A DNA stretch of 64,000 nt from an uncultured Candidatus Saccharibacteria bacterium (GTDB lineage: Bacteria > Patescibacteriota > Saccharimonadia > Saccharimonadales > AWTP1-31), in NCBI GenBank assembly GCA_964641545.1, contig CAZXLT010000003.1:23818-87817 (forward strand), written 5' to 3'. Shown here piece after piece: positions 38,544 through 47,616 of this stretch. The position numbers and the translations under genes are program-made. Each line of letters begins with the position of its first letter. Within the stretch, counting starts at the first letter, position 1. The notes under the pieces were generated by a model. The model saw nothing but the letters and a program-made list of their open reading frames with translations, was not told the origin of the DNA and searched no databases.

Positions 38544-38571
38544 TTGCTTACGCTTAATAGTAGCATATAAT
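38544..38571 (+). promoter_or_regulatory. Promoter: -35 TTGCTT, 16 nt spacer, -10 TATAAT, 12 nt to ATG 38584
   Basis: aatTTGCTTacgcttaatagtagcaTATAATtgaagatgaattATG. Confidence 0.45.
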
Positions 38572-38583
38572 TGAAGATGAATT

Positions 38584-39213
38584 ATGCAATCGAACGAACA
38601 CAAAAACCGTGTAATGACCGTAATTGTTTGGTTTTTACCTACGTCGCTTGAACTAGTGCTCTACTTTTTTTTAAGTTTGTTTACAGTTTTCTTAAGCAAT
38701 CTTGATGTCGTACGTGAGATTTTGTTTGCCACAGGTGACTTTAACCCGATACGTGCGGCTGTTGACTCGATTACCGTCCTACTCGAGAGGGTCGTCGGTG
38801 AGCGTGTTGCCGGATCGTTATCGCTCGGTATCTTCTGGGGTCTTGTAGGACTACTCGTCAACGCAATTTGGTGGGTTGGATCCAATTTTTCTACCGAGTT
38901 AAACAACGACCTTGTATTTAGCAATTACATGCACCCAAAAAACTACGATCCGAAGGCACCCCTTAAAGAATTTATATCCCGAAGTTTATTTCGCGCTGCC
39001 ATCGCTATACTCTTTGTCTTTTATACAAACTTTGTGATCCGCGAAATGTTGCCGCATCTTACAAAGCGCTACCATGAGATCTTGATGAATTTCTCTGACG
39101 ACAAAAATATCGTAGGACTACTACTAGCAATCATCGGACAAACATTGATGTTCCACGGTTTTGTAGTGCTTACTCGTCTACTTTTGCTGCGTAAACAAGT
39201 GTTTAACGACTAG
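38584..39213 (+). CDS. Hypothetical integral membrane protein (about 4 TM)
   Basis: Hydrophobic segments VIVWFLPTSLELVLYFFLSLFTVFL, GIFWGLVGLLVNAIWWV, AAIAILFVFYTNFVI and LLLAIIGQTLMFHGFVVL. I recognise no family. Confidence 0.55.
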   Translation: MQSNEHKNRVMTVIVWFLPTSLELVLYFFLSLFTVFLSNLDVVREILFATGDFNPIRAAVDSITVLLERVVGERVAGSLSLGIFWGLVGLLVNAIWWVGSNFSTELNNDLVFSNYMHPKNYDPKAPLKEFISRSLFRAAIAILFVFYTNFVIREMLPHLTKRYHEILMNFSDDKNIVGLLLAIIGQTLMFHGFVVLTRLLLLRKQVFND

Positions 39214-40189
39214 TCTTCTCTACAAGAGCAACTGCATTGAGCGCTATGTGCTTTGCCGTCAAGCCAAAATATTCAAGTAGCTCATCAGGTTGTCCTGTCT
39301 CGCCGAACCGATCTTTCATACCCATCCGCGAAATCGGAACAGGATAGTGCTCGCTTACAAGTTCAGCAACCGCTCCGCCAAGTCCGCCTGCGATCTGAGC
39401 TTCTTCAATCACAACAACTCGTTTGGTCTTCTTAACACTAGTGAGTATGGTTTTTTCGTCTAAGGGTTTAATGGTAGGAACATGTACAACTTCTGCGCTT
39501 ATGCCTTCTTTGAACAACATTTCAGAGGCAGCAAGGGCTTGATAGGTCATAGCTCCGGTCGCAATAAGGGTTACATCGTTTCCTTCTTCGAACACATAAG
39601 CTTTACCAATCTCAAACGGTGTTTTACTGGTAGTAATAATCGGTGTTGCTTCACGCACTACGCGAATGTAGGCAGGTCGCTTGTCTTGAGCCAACGCCAG
39701 CGTTGCTTTTTCTGCCTCCACACTATCACCAGGCGCAATAACGATCATATTTGGCAATACTCGCATAAGCGCTATGTCTTCGAGCATTTGGTGAGTAGCG
39801 CCGTCCGGACCCGTATATAATCCGGCATGCGACCCGACAATTCGAACAGGACGGTTGTTGAGGCAAACTGTTGTTCGTATTTGCTCCCAGTTACGTCCAG
39901 GACTAAAAGCAGCATACGAACTAACAAACGGTATCTTACCAACGGCAGCAAGGCCTGAGGCAACGGTAACCAGGTTTTGTTCAGCAATGCCAGCTTCAAT
40001 AAAGCGTTCTGGATAAGCTTTTGCGAAACCATCCATAGCCGTGGAACCAGTGAGGTCGGCACTAGCCGCTACAATTGCTTCGTTATTGCCACCAGCCGTC
40101 ACCAAACCATTTCCAAAACCTTTTCGAATTGGCTCCTTCTCGAATTCAAAAGTAAGCCACTTAGTAGTAACGAGGTGTAAATTACTCAT
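39203..40189 (-). CDS. Transketolase, C-terminal subunit (pyrimidine-binding plus C-terminal domains)
   Basis: FIEAGIAEQNLV and GSHAGLYTGPDGATHQ. ATG 40187-40189, with GGAG 5 nt upstream, is preferred over GTG 40193-40195. Confidence 0.9.
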   Translation of the reverse strand: MSNLHLVTTKWLTFEFEKEPIRKGFGNGLVTAGGNNEAIVAASADLTGSTAMDGFAKAYPERFIEAGIAEQNLVTVASGLAAVGKIPFVSSYAAFSPGRNWEQIRTTVCLNNRPVRIVGSHAGLYTGPDGATHQMLEDIALMRVLPNMIVIAPGDSVEAEKATLALAQDKRPAYIRVVREATPIITTSKTPFEIGKAYVFEEGNDVTLIATGAMTYQALAASEMLFKEGISAEVVHVPTIKPLDEKTILTSVKKTKRVVVIEEAQIAGGLGGAVAELVSEHYPVPISRMGMKDRFGETGQPDELLEYFGLTAKHIALNAVALVEKTSR

Positions 40190-41042
40190 GCTCACTCCGT
40201 ATCTTTCCCTGTAATGTGCGTAACTCGTGTAGTGCTTTAATGGCTTGTTCGTGATCCGGCACGCCTACACCGGGTGCACCGCCATGCCAGTGAAAGTCGT
40301 ATTCCATAAAATCAACGCCTTTGCCGGGCACTGTGTGGGCAATAATTACAACCGGCTTTTCGGTTATAGCACGAGCCATGGCGCACGCATCAATAACTTC
40401 TTCAATATTGTTGCCGTCAACTTCTATGACATGCCAGCCAAACGCTTGCCACTTGGCTGATAGGTCTTCCAGAGGCATAACTACTTCTGTGGGACCGTCT
40501 ATTTGGATATTGTTTCGGTCGACAATACCAATTAGATTTTCTAGTTTGTATTTTCCGGCCAGCATTGCCGCTTCCCAGATATTGCCTTCGTCTAGCTCCC
40601 CATCGCCCATCACAACGTACACCCAGCGGTGCCTTTGTTTGTCCATACGTAGCCCGAGGGCAATGCCCGCCGCTTGACTCAGACCAGAACCTAAAGGACC
40701 GCTCGTGGTTTCGAGGCCAGGCAGCCTTTCTCGCTCGGGATGTCCTTGCAACCGACTTTGAAATTTGCGCAGCGTTAACAATTCTTTACGGTCAAAGTAA
40801 CCTGCGTGTGCCATGGCTGCATACTGTACAGGAACACAATGTCCGTTACTTAGGAGCAAAAAGTCACGTTTATCCCAGTCGGGCTTTTGTGGGTCATGCC
40901 GTAGAACGTCAAAGTACAGCGCCGTGAAGATATCAGCTAACCCCATGGGTCCAGCTGAATGACCCGAGCCAGCGTGCTCCAGCATTCTAATGATATCTTT
41001 TCGTATTTCGACCGCCTTCAAATCAAGTTCTTCAACTGTCAT
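40182..41042 (-). CDS. Transketolase, N-terminal subunit (thiamine diphosphate-binding)
   Basis: GSGHSAGPMG and GDGELDEGNIWEA. Start set to ATG 41040-41042 (MTVEELDLKAVE); the longer ORF would overlap rpe. Confidence 0.9.
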   Translation of the reverse strand: MTVEELDLKAVEIRKDIIRMLEHAGSGHSAGPMGLADIFTALYFDVLRHDPQKPDWDKRDFLLLSNGHCVPVQYAAMAHAGYFDRKELLTLRKFQSRLQGHPERERLPGLETTSGPLGSGLSQAAGIALGLRMDKQRHRWVYVVMGDGELDEGNIWEAAMLAGKYKLENLIGIVDRNNIQIDGPTEVVMPLEDLSAKWQAFGWHVIEVDGNNIEEVIDACAMARAITEKPVVIIAHTVPGKGVDFMEYDFHWHGGAPGVGVPDHEQAIKALHELRTLQGKIRSEHE

Positions 41043-41046
41043 GTAC

Positions 41047-41679
41047 TTACTCCTCCACTGCTTCTTCAAGTGTAGCATAAGCTTTTCTTGGGTGAGGTGA
41101 GCGTTGAATGGCGCCCCCAACATTAAGCACATCAACCCCTCCGCGAACAATTTTTGCAGCGTTTTTGGTGTTTATGCCACCGTCCCAACCAATTTCTATG
41201 TCCGGGTTAGTTTTCCTGATTTGTTCGACCTTCTTAAGCAAATCGAGGTTGGCCGATCCCCCAAAGTGACCCAGATTACCACTAAACAGCAGGACGTGCT
41301 TGATGTCTTTGAGTGCGGTTTTGATTTTCGAAACAGGAGTCCGAGCAAGTAAGGCAACACCAACCTTAATCCCAGCTGTATTGAGCGGCTTAGCAACATC
41401 ATAGTAATTGCCGACCGATTCTGCCTGCACGATCACCATGTGCGGCTTTAGCGCGATCAACTGCGGCATAAACGGTCTAACTGCCTCGTACATTAAATGT
41501 ATGTCCGCCGTTACACCGGCAGGCCACCAAACATGATGCAGATCAATTAGTTTGTTCTGGGTAAAAACACCATCTGCCAAATCAATATGTACCCGTTTAG
41601 CGAACTGTGCTATCCGCTCCATCTGCTCACGATACTCGTGCGGTGTTGACGCAGTCACGGTTGGACAGATCACGGCCAT
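41047..41679 (-). CDS. rpe: Ribulose-phosphate 3-epimerase family protein (divergent)
   Basis: HIDLADGVFTQN aligns with HxDVMDGxFVPN, DIHLMY with DxHLMV, and GWDGGIN...NVGGAI with the C-terminal RPE barrel motifs. Confidence 0.75.
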   Translation of the reverse strand: MAVICPTVTASTPHEYREQMERIAQFAKRVHIDLADGVFTQNKLIDLHHVWWPAGVTADIHLMYEAVRPFMPQLIALKPHMVIVQAESVGNYYDVAKPLNTAGIKVGVALLARTPVSKIKTALKDIKHVLLFSGNLGHFGGSANLDLLKKVEQIRKTNPDIEIGWDGGINTKNAAKIVRGGVDVLNVGGAIQRSPHPRKAYATLEEAVEE

Positions 41680-41682
41680 TGT

Positions 41683-42144
41683 TTATGCACCCTTCCTCAA
41701 CAACCGCCCAACCAGGGCTAAAACAGATGTGCCAACAAGAATCCAAAAACCGCCAAGTGGTATTATTAGCAGAGCGAAACCACCATCAACTACAGGAGCA
41801 GCGAAAACACTTATCAAAATATACGCCTGCAGCAAGTCAAAAGCTGTGTTCGCAAAAAAACCAAAACGATATACGAGCTCAGACCGTCTTTGATCGTGCA
41901 CGAAACTCCAACTTACGAGATACAGAGCAAGATAGCGTATTGCAGCAGAAACACTTAAGGCTGACCATACAAGTACCATCGTCAGTCCATTTGTAGGCGT
42001 GGCATCTAAGACATCTCCCCAACCAAAACGCCGCCCGACAGCAGCAAAAATGACAATAAGGCAGGTGAAAATTGTCTGTGAAGCAAGAGCAAGACCAATT
42101 AACCACTTAAGGTCAGGCTTTTTGACACCCCGGATGTTTTTCAT
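41683..42144 (-). CDS. Hypothetical integral membrane protein (about 4 TM)
   Basis: 153 aa, hydrophobic throughout. ATGA overlap with the rpiB stop; its stop lies 3 nt before the rpe start. Confidence 0.55.
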   Translation of the reverse strand: MKNIRGVKKPDLKWLIGLALASQTIFTCLIVIFAAVGRRFGWGDVLDATPTNGLTMVLVWSALSVSAAIRYLALYLVSWSFVHDQRRSELVYRFGFFANTAFDLLQAYILISVFAAPVVDGGFALLIIPLGGFWILVGTSVLALVGRLLRKGA

Positions 42145-42584
42145 AACTGATCCAGTTCATCTTTTCGTCTAATATAACGCGGGGCAGCAGCAAATGCGGT
42201 GCTCAAGAAGGTTTCAACAACAACATTGGCGTTTTCAGCTTCCAATGTTTTGGCGGGGATACATAGTACATTGCAGTCATCGTCATTTCGAGCAGCGCGA
42301 ACCGACTCACGGTCATAGCCTAAACAGGCACGAATGCCTTTAAACCGGTTGGCAGCAATGCACATACCTTGTCCACTACCACAGATCAAAATGCCCCGCG
42401 GGTCTTCATCGTCGCTGGCAAGCATATCTGCTGCTACTCTTCCGGCGAACACAGGATAGTCATCGTCTGGGTTAAGCTTTTGATCTCCGTCATCAACAAC
42501 TTCATAGCCAGCACGAGTTAGATACTCGATCAGTTTGGCTTTAAGCCTAAACCCGTTGTGATCAGCACCAATATATACTTTCAT
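42141..42584 (-). CDS. rpiB: Ribose-5-phosphate isomerase B
   Basis: MKVYIGADHNGFRLK and ICGSGQGMCIAANR. Confidence 0.92.
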   Translation of the reverse strand: MKVYIGADHNGFRLKAKLIEYLTRAGYEVVDDGDQKLNPDDDYPVFAGRVAADMLASDDEDPRGILICGSGQGMCIAANRFKGIRACLGYDRESVRAARNDDDCNVLCIPAKTLEAENANVVVETFLSTAFAAAPRYIRRKDELDQL

Positions 42585-42595
42585 GGGAACAAACC

Positions 42596-43636
42596 CTATT
42601 TTTTATGTGCTTCTGTTTCAGCCTTCTTATGAATCAACGAACCAACATCGGCTACCTGTTCGACAAGCCTATTACTGTACCCCCATTCGTTGTCGTACCA
42701 CACAACGACTTTGGCAAGGTTACCATCTACAACATTAGTAAGAAGTGAATCAATAATCCCCGAATGGCTGTTACCTATATAGTCACTACTAACCAGCGCC
42801 TCCTCACTCACGTCTAGAATTCCCTGAAAGTACGGCTCTTTAGCAGCTTTTTTTAGCGCTTTGTTGATGTCTTCTTTGGTCGTTGATTTTTTAAGCAGCA
42901 TGGTTACATCGCTCAGGCTAACTACTGGAGTGGGCACGCGTACACTTAGTCCATCAAACTTTTCTTTCAACTGAGGAACCGTCAGCGTTACAGCAATAGC
43001 TGCACCTGTCGTAGTTGGCACCATATTTTCTGCCGCCGAGCGTCCTTCTCGCAAATCTTTAGCTGGAGCATCCTGCAACACCTGGCTTGCAGTATAGCTA
43101 TGGACAGTGGTCAACATGGCTTTTTCTACGCCAAACTCTGCGTCCATAATAGACATAACGGCAGCAATGGAGTTAGTGGTGCAACTCGCATTGCTAATAA
43201 TGTCCCCTGCACCACTTAGCTTATCTTCATTGGCACCTATCACTAGGGTCTCAACTCCATCACTTTTACTCGGACCAGAGATGACAACTTTTTTTGCGCC
43301 TGCTTCAATATGCTTTTTTGCGTCCTCAATCTTGGTAAAACGCCCTGTGGATTCGATCACGACGTCGACCCTAAACTTGTGCCACGGCAACAGCACGGGA
43401 TCTTTCTCGGCTGTAACAGGTATTTTCTGCCCATCAACAATTAAATTGTTTTCGTCACTCTCGACTGTATGCTCGTACGTTCCGTAGTTACTATCGTGTT
43501 TTAAGAGATACGCCAAAACGTCATTGCTGGCTAGATCGTTAATAGCAACAACTTCCAAATCTGACCGTTCAAACGCAATTTTAAAAGCATTTCGTCCAAT
43601 TCGGCCGAATCCGTTAATGGCTATGCGTGTTTTCAT
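42596..43636 (-). CDS. gap: Glyceraldehyde-3-phosphate dehydrogenase
   Basis: INGFGRIGRN, active-site SNASCTTN, and an AGGGGG SD upstream. Confidence 0.95.
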   Translation of the reverse strand: MKTRIAINGFGRIGRNAFKIAFERSDLEVVAINDLASNDVLAYLLKHDSNYGTYEHTVESDENNLIVDGQKIPVTAEKDPVLLPWHKFRVDVVIESTGRFTKIEDAKKHIEAGAKKVVISGPSKSDGVETLVIGANEDKLSGAGDIISNASCTTNSIAAVMSIMDAEFGVEKAMLTTVHSYTASQVLQDAPAKDLREGRSAAENMVPTTTGAAIAVTLTVPQLKEKFDGLSVRVPTPVVSLSDVTMLLKKSTTKEDINKALKKAAKEPYFQGILDVSEEALVSSDYIGNSHSGIIDSLLTNVVDGNLAKVVVWYDNEWGYSNRLVEQVADVGSLIHKKAETEAHKK

Positions 43637-43706
43637 CCTACCCCCTGATTAGCAATTACCCTGCGTCTGCATTAAGCATAACCGATGTTGCTTTCTCGAG
43701 CAACGT

Positions 43707-44354
43707 TTATCGGTCGACTTCTTTACCCACAAACTCGGGCAAACTGACAAGATCATCTAACGATGAAAGATCGGAAATTAGTTCTTTAGGCAAGTATCTA
43801 TTTCTGGGATGGTTGAGCATACTTTTTACCTCATCCAAAGCTTTGAACATAACTTTTATTTTTTCTCCGTCACTTTCTGGCTTGTGAGTCTCCTCACGGT
43901 CAAGATCGGTGGCAATAAACTGATAAATGAACCACTCTATTTTGGCGACCGGCTGCACCACGTTAATGAGTTTCCAGTTTTTGTAGTATAAACCCGCTTC
44001 TTCTGCCAGCTCACGCTGTGCTGCTTGCAGTTCATTCTCGCCTGGCACATCATGGCGTCCTGCAGGAATAGTGTAATGAACCGGCAGGTTTGGCTGCTCC
44101 TCTTCAAGTACCACGATCTTACCGTCTTTTATAGCTATAATCTCAACCGTGTCTGGTCGGCGAAGCATCTCGAAGGTCTTAGTGGTGCCATCGAACATCT
44201 CTTGTTCCCACTGGTAGGTATCGAATATATTTCCCGAAAATACTTTTTGAGCCTTGTCAGGAATTAGAATTGCGTTTTTCGGAACTGTTTTTTTCAAATT
44301 ATGCCGCTTCTTTCTCCCATCGGGCTTGGCATTCTTTGATAATTGCCTTGGCAT
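43707..44354 (-). CDS. Nudix hydrolase (ADP-ribose pyrophosphatase-like)
   Basis: Nudix box GRHDVPGENELQAAQRELAEEAGL. The start is uncertain: ATGs at 44354, 44357 and 44363 lie inside the ppa 3' end, while TTG 44295-44297 sits 1 nt after the ppa stop. Confidence 0.75.
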   Translation of the reverse strand: MPRQLSKNAKPDGRKKRHNLKKTVPKNAILIPDKAQKVFSGNIFDTYQWEQEMFDGTTKTFEMLRRPDTVEIIAIKDGKIVVLEEEQPNLPVHYTIPAGRHDVPGENELQAAQRELAEEAGLYYKNWKLINVVQPVAKIEWFIYQFIATDLDREETHKPESDGEKIKVMFKALDEVKSMLNHPRNRYLPKELISDLSSLDDLVSLPEFVGKEVDR

Positions 44355-44838
44355 CATCCGCATCACCCCAGCCAAGTACATGCGTAGTTCCTGGCTTCTT
44401 GAGGTCTTTGTAATGATTGAAGTGATGCTCAATTTGCTTTTGTAGCCCCACTGGTAAATCGTCTAATGAATCCGCCTTTTCGCCTGCATGCCGATCGTCG
44501 GCGGGTACCACTACTATCTTATGGTCCATTTCGCCACCGTCCTCAAAATTCAAAACACCGACTACGCGCGCCTCCTTAATGACCAAACCCATAGGCAGCG
44601 GTTCTTCAGTCACTATAAGCGTGTCGAGTTCATCACCATCTTCATCGAGCGTCTGCGGGATAAAACCGTAACTAGTCGGTTTGGCAAAAATACCCGGCTC
44701 AACTCGATCAAGTTCGAAGGTACCTTTTTTGCGGTTATATTCAGCCTTCAGCATACTGCCCTTGGGAATTTCTACAACCGTTACAATTACTCCGCCGTTA
44801 ACATCACCGGCATCATAAATTTTATTAAAGTCAGTCAT
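44299..44838 (-). CDS. ppa: Inorganic pyrophosphatase (family I)
   Basis: VVEIPKGS, DGDELDTLIV and VVGVLNFEDGGEMDHKIV. AAGGAG SD upstream. Confidence 0.93.
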   Translation of the reverse strand: MTDFNKIYDAGDVNGGVIVTVVEIPKGSMLKAEYNRKKGTFELDRVEPGIFAKPTSYGFIPQTLDEDGDELDTLIVTEEPLPMGLVIKEARVVGVLNFEDGGEMDHKIVVVPADDRHAGEKADSLDDLPVGLQKQIEHHFNHYKDLKKPGTTHVLGWGDADDAKAIIKECQARWEKEAA

Positions 44839-44890
44839 CTTTATTCTCCTTAAAGTCTATAGCTTAAATTTATTGTACACTATAGCTAAT

Positions 44891-45604
44891 ATGAAGATTA
44901 TTGGTCATCGTGGTGCCGCAGGCCTGGCGCCCGAGAATACGTTACTGTCAATCCGTAGCGCTATTGCAAATGGGGTTGATGCGGTTGAATTTGATATTCG
45001 CGTCACACGCGATAAAAAATTAGTGCTGTCGCATGACTCATCTTTGGAGCGAACCCACGGGACCGATCGTAAAGTACGCGACATGCACTCGGATGAAGTC
45101 AAGTCCGTCCGCTCACGTGCTGGTCATTCAGTACCCACTCTTGCTGAGGCGGTTATAGAAGCTGGGAGTGCACCGCTGTACATAGAAGGCAAAGGCGGTG
45201 ATTGGGCGCGACCACTGGCATCATTTCTCAAAAAACACCCGAAACTCAAACCTACGGTTATTTCGTTTAATCATCAAGCGCTGCACGCGTTTCATGAGCT
45301 CATGCCAGATGTTCGAGTGCTGGTTCTCGAACACCGGAATCCATTCGACGCTATTAACGCAGCTCGCGTGTATGATTTTGACGGTATAGACATAAATTAT
45401 TGGACTCTTAACCCTTTGAGCTATTGGTTAGCGCGGCGTCACGATTTAGAAATTGCGGTTTTTACCGTAAATAAACCCTGGATTGCAAGCTTTTTACGGG
45501 TTCTATACCCGCATATTGCCATAACAACGAATGTACCTCATAAGCTTCAGTTTCTGCGACCAAAAGGCTTGCGCAAAACCGCAAGTCATGAGCAAAAGAA
45601 ATGA
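44891..45604 (+). CDS. Glycerophosphodiester phosphodiesterase family protein
   Basis: IIGHRGAAGLAPENTL and EFDIRVTRDKKLVLSHD. ATG 44891 is preferred over TTG 44873. Confidence 0.85.
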   Translation: MKIIGHRGAAGLAPENTLLSIRSAIANGVDAVEFDIRVTRDKKLVLSHDSSLERTHGTDRKVRDMHSDEVKSVRSRAGHSVPTLAEAVIEAGSAPLYIEGKGGDWARPLASFLKKHPKLKPTVISFNHQALHAFHELMPDVRVLVLEHRNPFDAINAARVYDFDGIDINYWTLNPLSYWLARRHDLEIAVFTVNKPWIASFLRVLYPHIAITTNVPHKLQFLRPKGLRKTASHEQKK

Positions 45605-46272
45605 AAGCCTTTTTTCAGAAGAAACACCATTTGGGTAGCGACCTATGGATATTTTACTTCAAGCCCAAGCGTCCGCTTCGCTATGTGGCGGGTCAGTTTG
45701 TCGAGATAGTACTGCCACTTTCCATATCTGATGACCGTGGCTCTAAGCGCTGGTTTACTTTGTGTTCAAGCCCGACAGAGGACTTTTTAGCAGTGACTAC
45801 TCGCATAGATCCAAAGCACCCGAGTAGCTTTAAAGCTCATCTCGCCAGCTTGTTGAAAGGTGATGAAATTTTAATTAGTGAAGCGATGGGTGATTTTGTA
45901 CTTCCTAAGGATACTACAATCCCCCTTGTTTTCATTGCCACGGGCGTTGGGGTCACACCGTATCGCAGTATCATCACATCTCTAATAGATTTAAACGAGT
46001 CGAGAAGCATCGAGTTCTTATACGCAGCGGCCCGTACAGAGGATATTATCTTCTCAAAAATTTTTAAAAGCTACGACCTTATCCTAGTGACGTTGATCAA
46101 TCAGCGGGTAAACGTTCGCTTGCTTCAGCATTACATCAAAAACCTTGATAAAAAACTTGTATACGTGTCTGGGCCTGAGCCGGTAGTTGAAGTGTTTGTT
46201 AATGAAATCAAAAGAACCAAGCTACAACTAGTAGGTCTCGTCACAGACTATTTCCACAACTACGAAACGTGA
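45601..46272 (+). CDS. FNR-like FAD/NAD(P)-binding oxidoreductase
   Basis: RYVAGQFVEI, KRWFTLCSSP (RxYS-type FAD motif) and FIATGVGVTPYRS. ATGA overlap with the upstream GDPD gene. Confidence 0.6.
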   Translation: MKAFFQKKHHLGSDLWIFYFKPKRPLRYVAGQFVEIVLPLSISDDRGSKRWFTLCSSPTEDFLAVTTRIDPKHPSSFKAHLASLLKGDEILISEAMGDFVLPKDTTIPLVFIATGVGVTPYRSIITSLIDLNESRSIEFLYAAARTEDIIFSKIFKSYDLILVTLINQRVNVRLLQHYIKNLDKKLVYVSGPEPVVEVFVNEIKRTKLQLVGLVTDYFHNYET

Positions 46273-46277
46273 ATAAT

Positions 46278-47234
46278 TTAAAGCTTTCCCTCTAAGTATT
46301 CGCGAATTTTTAAAGCTGCAGTTGCACCTTCGCCGGCGGCACTTGCAATCTGCATTGTTGCTCCGCTTCGAACATCTCCAGCAGCGAACACGCCCTTCAT
46401 ACTTGTTTCTAAATTCTGGTTTGTGACTACAAAATTTTGATCATCAAGCTTAATTTTCGACTCCTGTAAAAAGCCAGTGTTTGGCAATAAACCAACGAAG
46501 ATAAATACCCCATCTGTTGGGTATTCTTGTTTACGACCTGTCTTTTTGTTCGTGCCAAGAACTTTTACTACCATGTTGTCTTTGCCAACAATTTCGTCTG
46601 TCGTCGTATTCAAGTGCACGGTAATTTTGTCTGAATGTTTTTTTAACTCCTGCACAAGCACATCGCTAGCTCTAAATGTATCTCCTCTCACCAACAAGTC
46701 AATGTGACTGGCAAATTTAGTCAGAAAGATCGCTTCTTGAACGGCTGAATTACCACCTCCGACTACAACCAAACGTTTGTCACGATAAAAAGCTCCGTCA
46801 CAGGTCGCACAATAGTGAACGCCGCGGGCAAAGTATTCTTTTTCTCCTGGGACATCAATTTTCTTGTAGTCACAGCCCGTGGCAATAAGTACCGCTTTGG
46901 CACGAAAATCTCCGCTGGTTGTCTTAAGTAGCTTATGGTCTTTCTTATCAATAATCTCGTTTACCTCACCCAGCTCAATAACAGCACCGAAACGTTCAGC
47001 CTGCTTCTGTAGCTGATCTGCCAACTCTAAGCCAGCTATTCCTTGTGCAAATCCAGGATAGTTGTCTACCCAGTCAGTGATAGCAGCTAATCCGCCAATG
47101 ACTCCTTTTTCGAACAAAACTGTTTCGAGATCTTCGCGAGTCGTATAGATAGAAGCTGTCAAGGCAGCTGGTCCCGCTCCAACTACAACAAGATCATATA
47201 GCTTTTTGGTGCTTGCTTGCTCCACTTCAGACAT
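46278..47234 (-). CDS. trxB: Thioredoxin-disulfide reductase
   Basis: GAGPAALTASIY, redox-active CATCDG, and GGGNSAVQEA. Confidence 0.94.
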   Translation of the reverse strand: MSEVEQASTKKLYDLVVVGAGPAALTASIYTTREDLETVLFEKGVIGGLAAITDWVDNYPGFAQGIAGLELADQLQKQAERFGAVIELGEVNEIIDKKDHKLLKTTSGDFRAKAVLIATGCDYKKIDVPGEKEYFARGVHYCATCDGAFYRDKRLVVVGGGNSAVQEAIFLTKFASHIDLLVRGDTFRASDVLVQELKKHSDKITVHLNTTTDEIVGKDNMVVKVLGTNKKTGRKQEYPTDGVFIFVGLLPNTGFLQESKIKLDDQNFVVTNQNLETSMKGVFAAGDVRSGATMQIASAAGEGATAALKIREYLEGKL

Positions 47235-47279
47235 ACTGCTCCCAATTATACCTTACACATATGTTTGTCTCTAAAGACC

Positions 47280-47528
47280 TTACGAGATTGCAGGCGCTAA
47301 TTTTGCCAGGTTATAACCCACAACAACTTCTTTGCTGTCGTCTTGCTTGGTAACAACCGTTACTGGCACCGCTAATTGACCACTCACAGCCAATGCTTCT
47401 TGTTGTCGTTCCGGATGTTCATCCAGATTAACTTCTTCGTAGCTAAAACCCTTGGCACCGAGCCATTTCTTAACCATCACACAGTAACCGCAGGTGTTGG
47501 TCGTAAAGATAGTAATATTCTTGGGCAT
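47280..47528 (-). CDS. Glutaredoxin-like protein (NrdH-type)
   Basis: 82 aa with a CGYC redox motif near the N-terminus and a glutaredoxin-fold pattern. It lies upstream of trxB and has an AGAAGGAGAGAG SD. Confidence 0.8.
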   Translation of the reverse strand: MPKNITIFTTNTCGYCVMVKKWLGAKGFSYEEVNLDEHPERQQEALAVSGQLAVPVTVVTKQDDSKEVVVGYNLAKLAPAIS

Positions 47529-47577
47529 AGCTCTCTCCTTCTGGCTAATTTTGTATTTTTGTGAGGTTTGTACGATT

Positions 47578-47606
47578 AGTATATATAGTGCTTATTTTTA
47601 TTACAA
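47578..47606 (-). promoter_or_regulatory. Promoter of the glutaredoxin-trxB unit: -35 TTGTAA, 17 nt spacer, -10 TATACT
   Basis: Minus strand reads TTGTAATAAAAATAAGCACTATATATACT. A ~45 nt leader with AGAAGGAGAGAG SD follows. Confidence 0.5.
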
Positions 47607-47616
47607 GACCCCATAT

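Noticed and set aside
40182-41150. Longer transketolase N-subunit ORF (322 aa) overlapping rpe by ~100 nt
   Set aside because: Homology starts at MTVEELDLK (ATG 41040-41042), 4 nt after the rpe stop. The extension (MFAEGLMCLMLGAPF…) is not conserved-looking and would require a large same-strand overlap.
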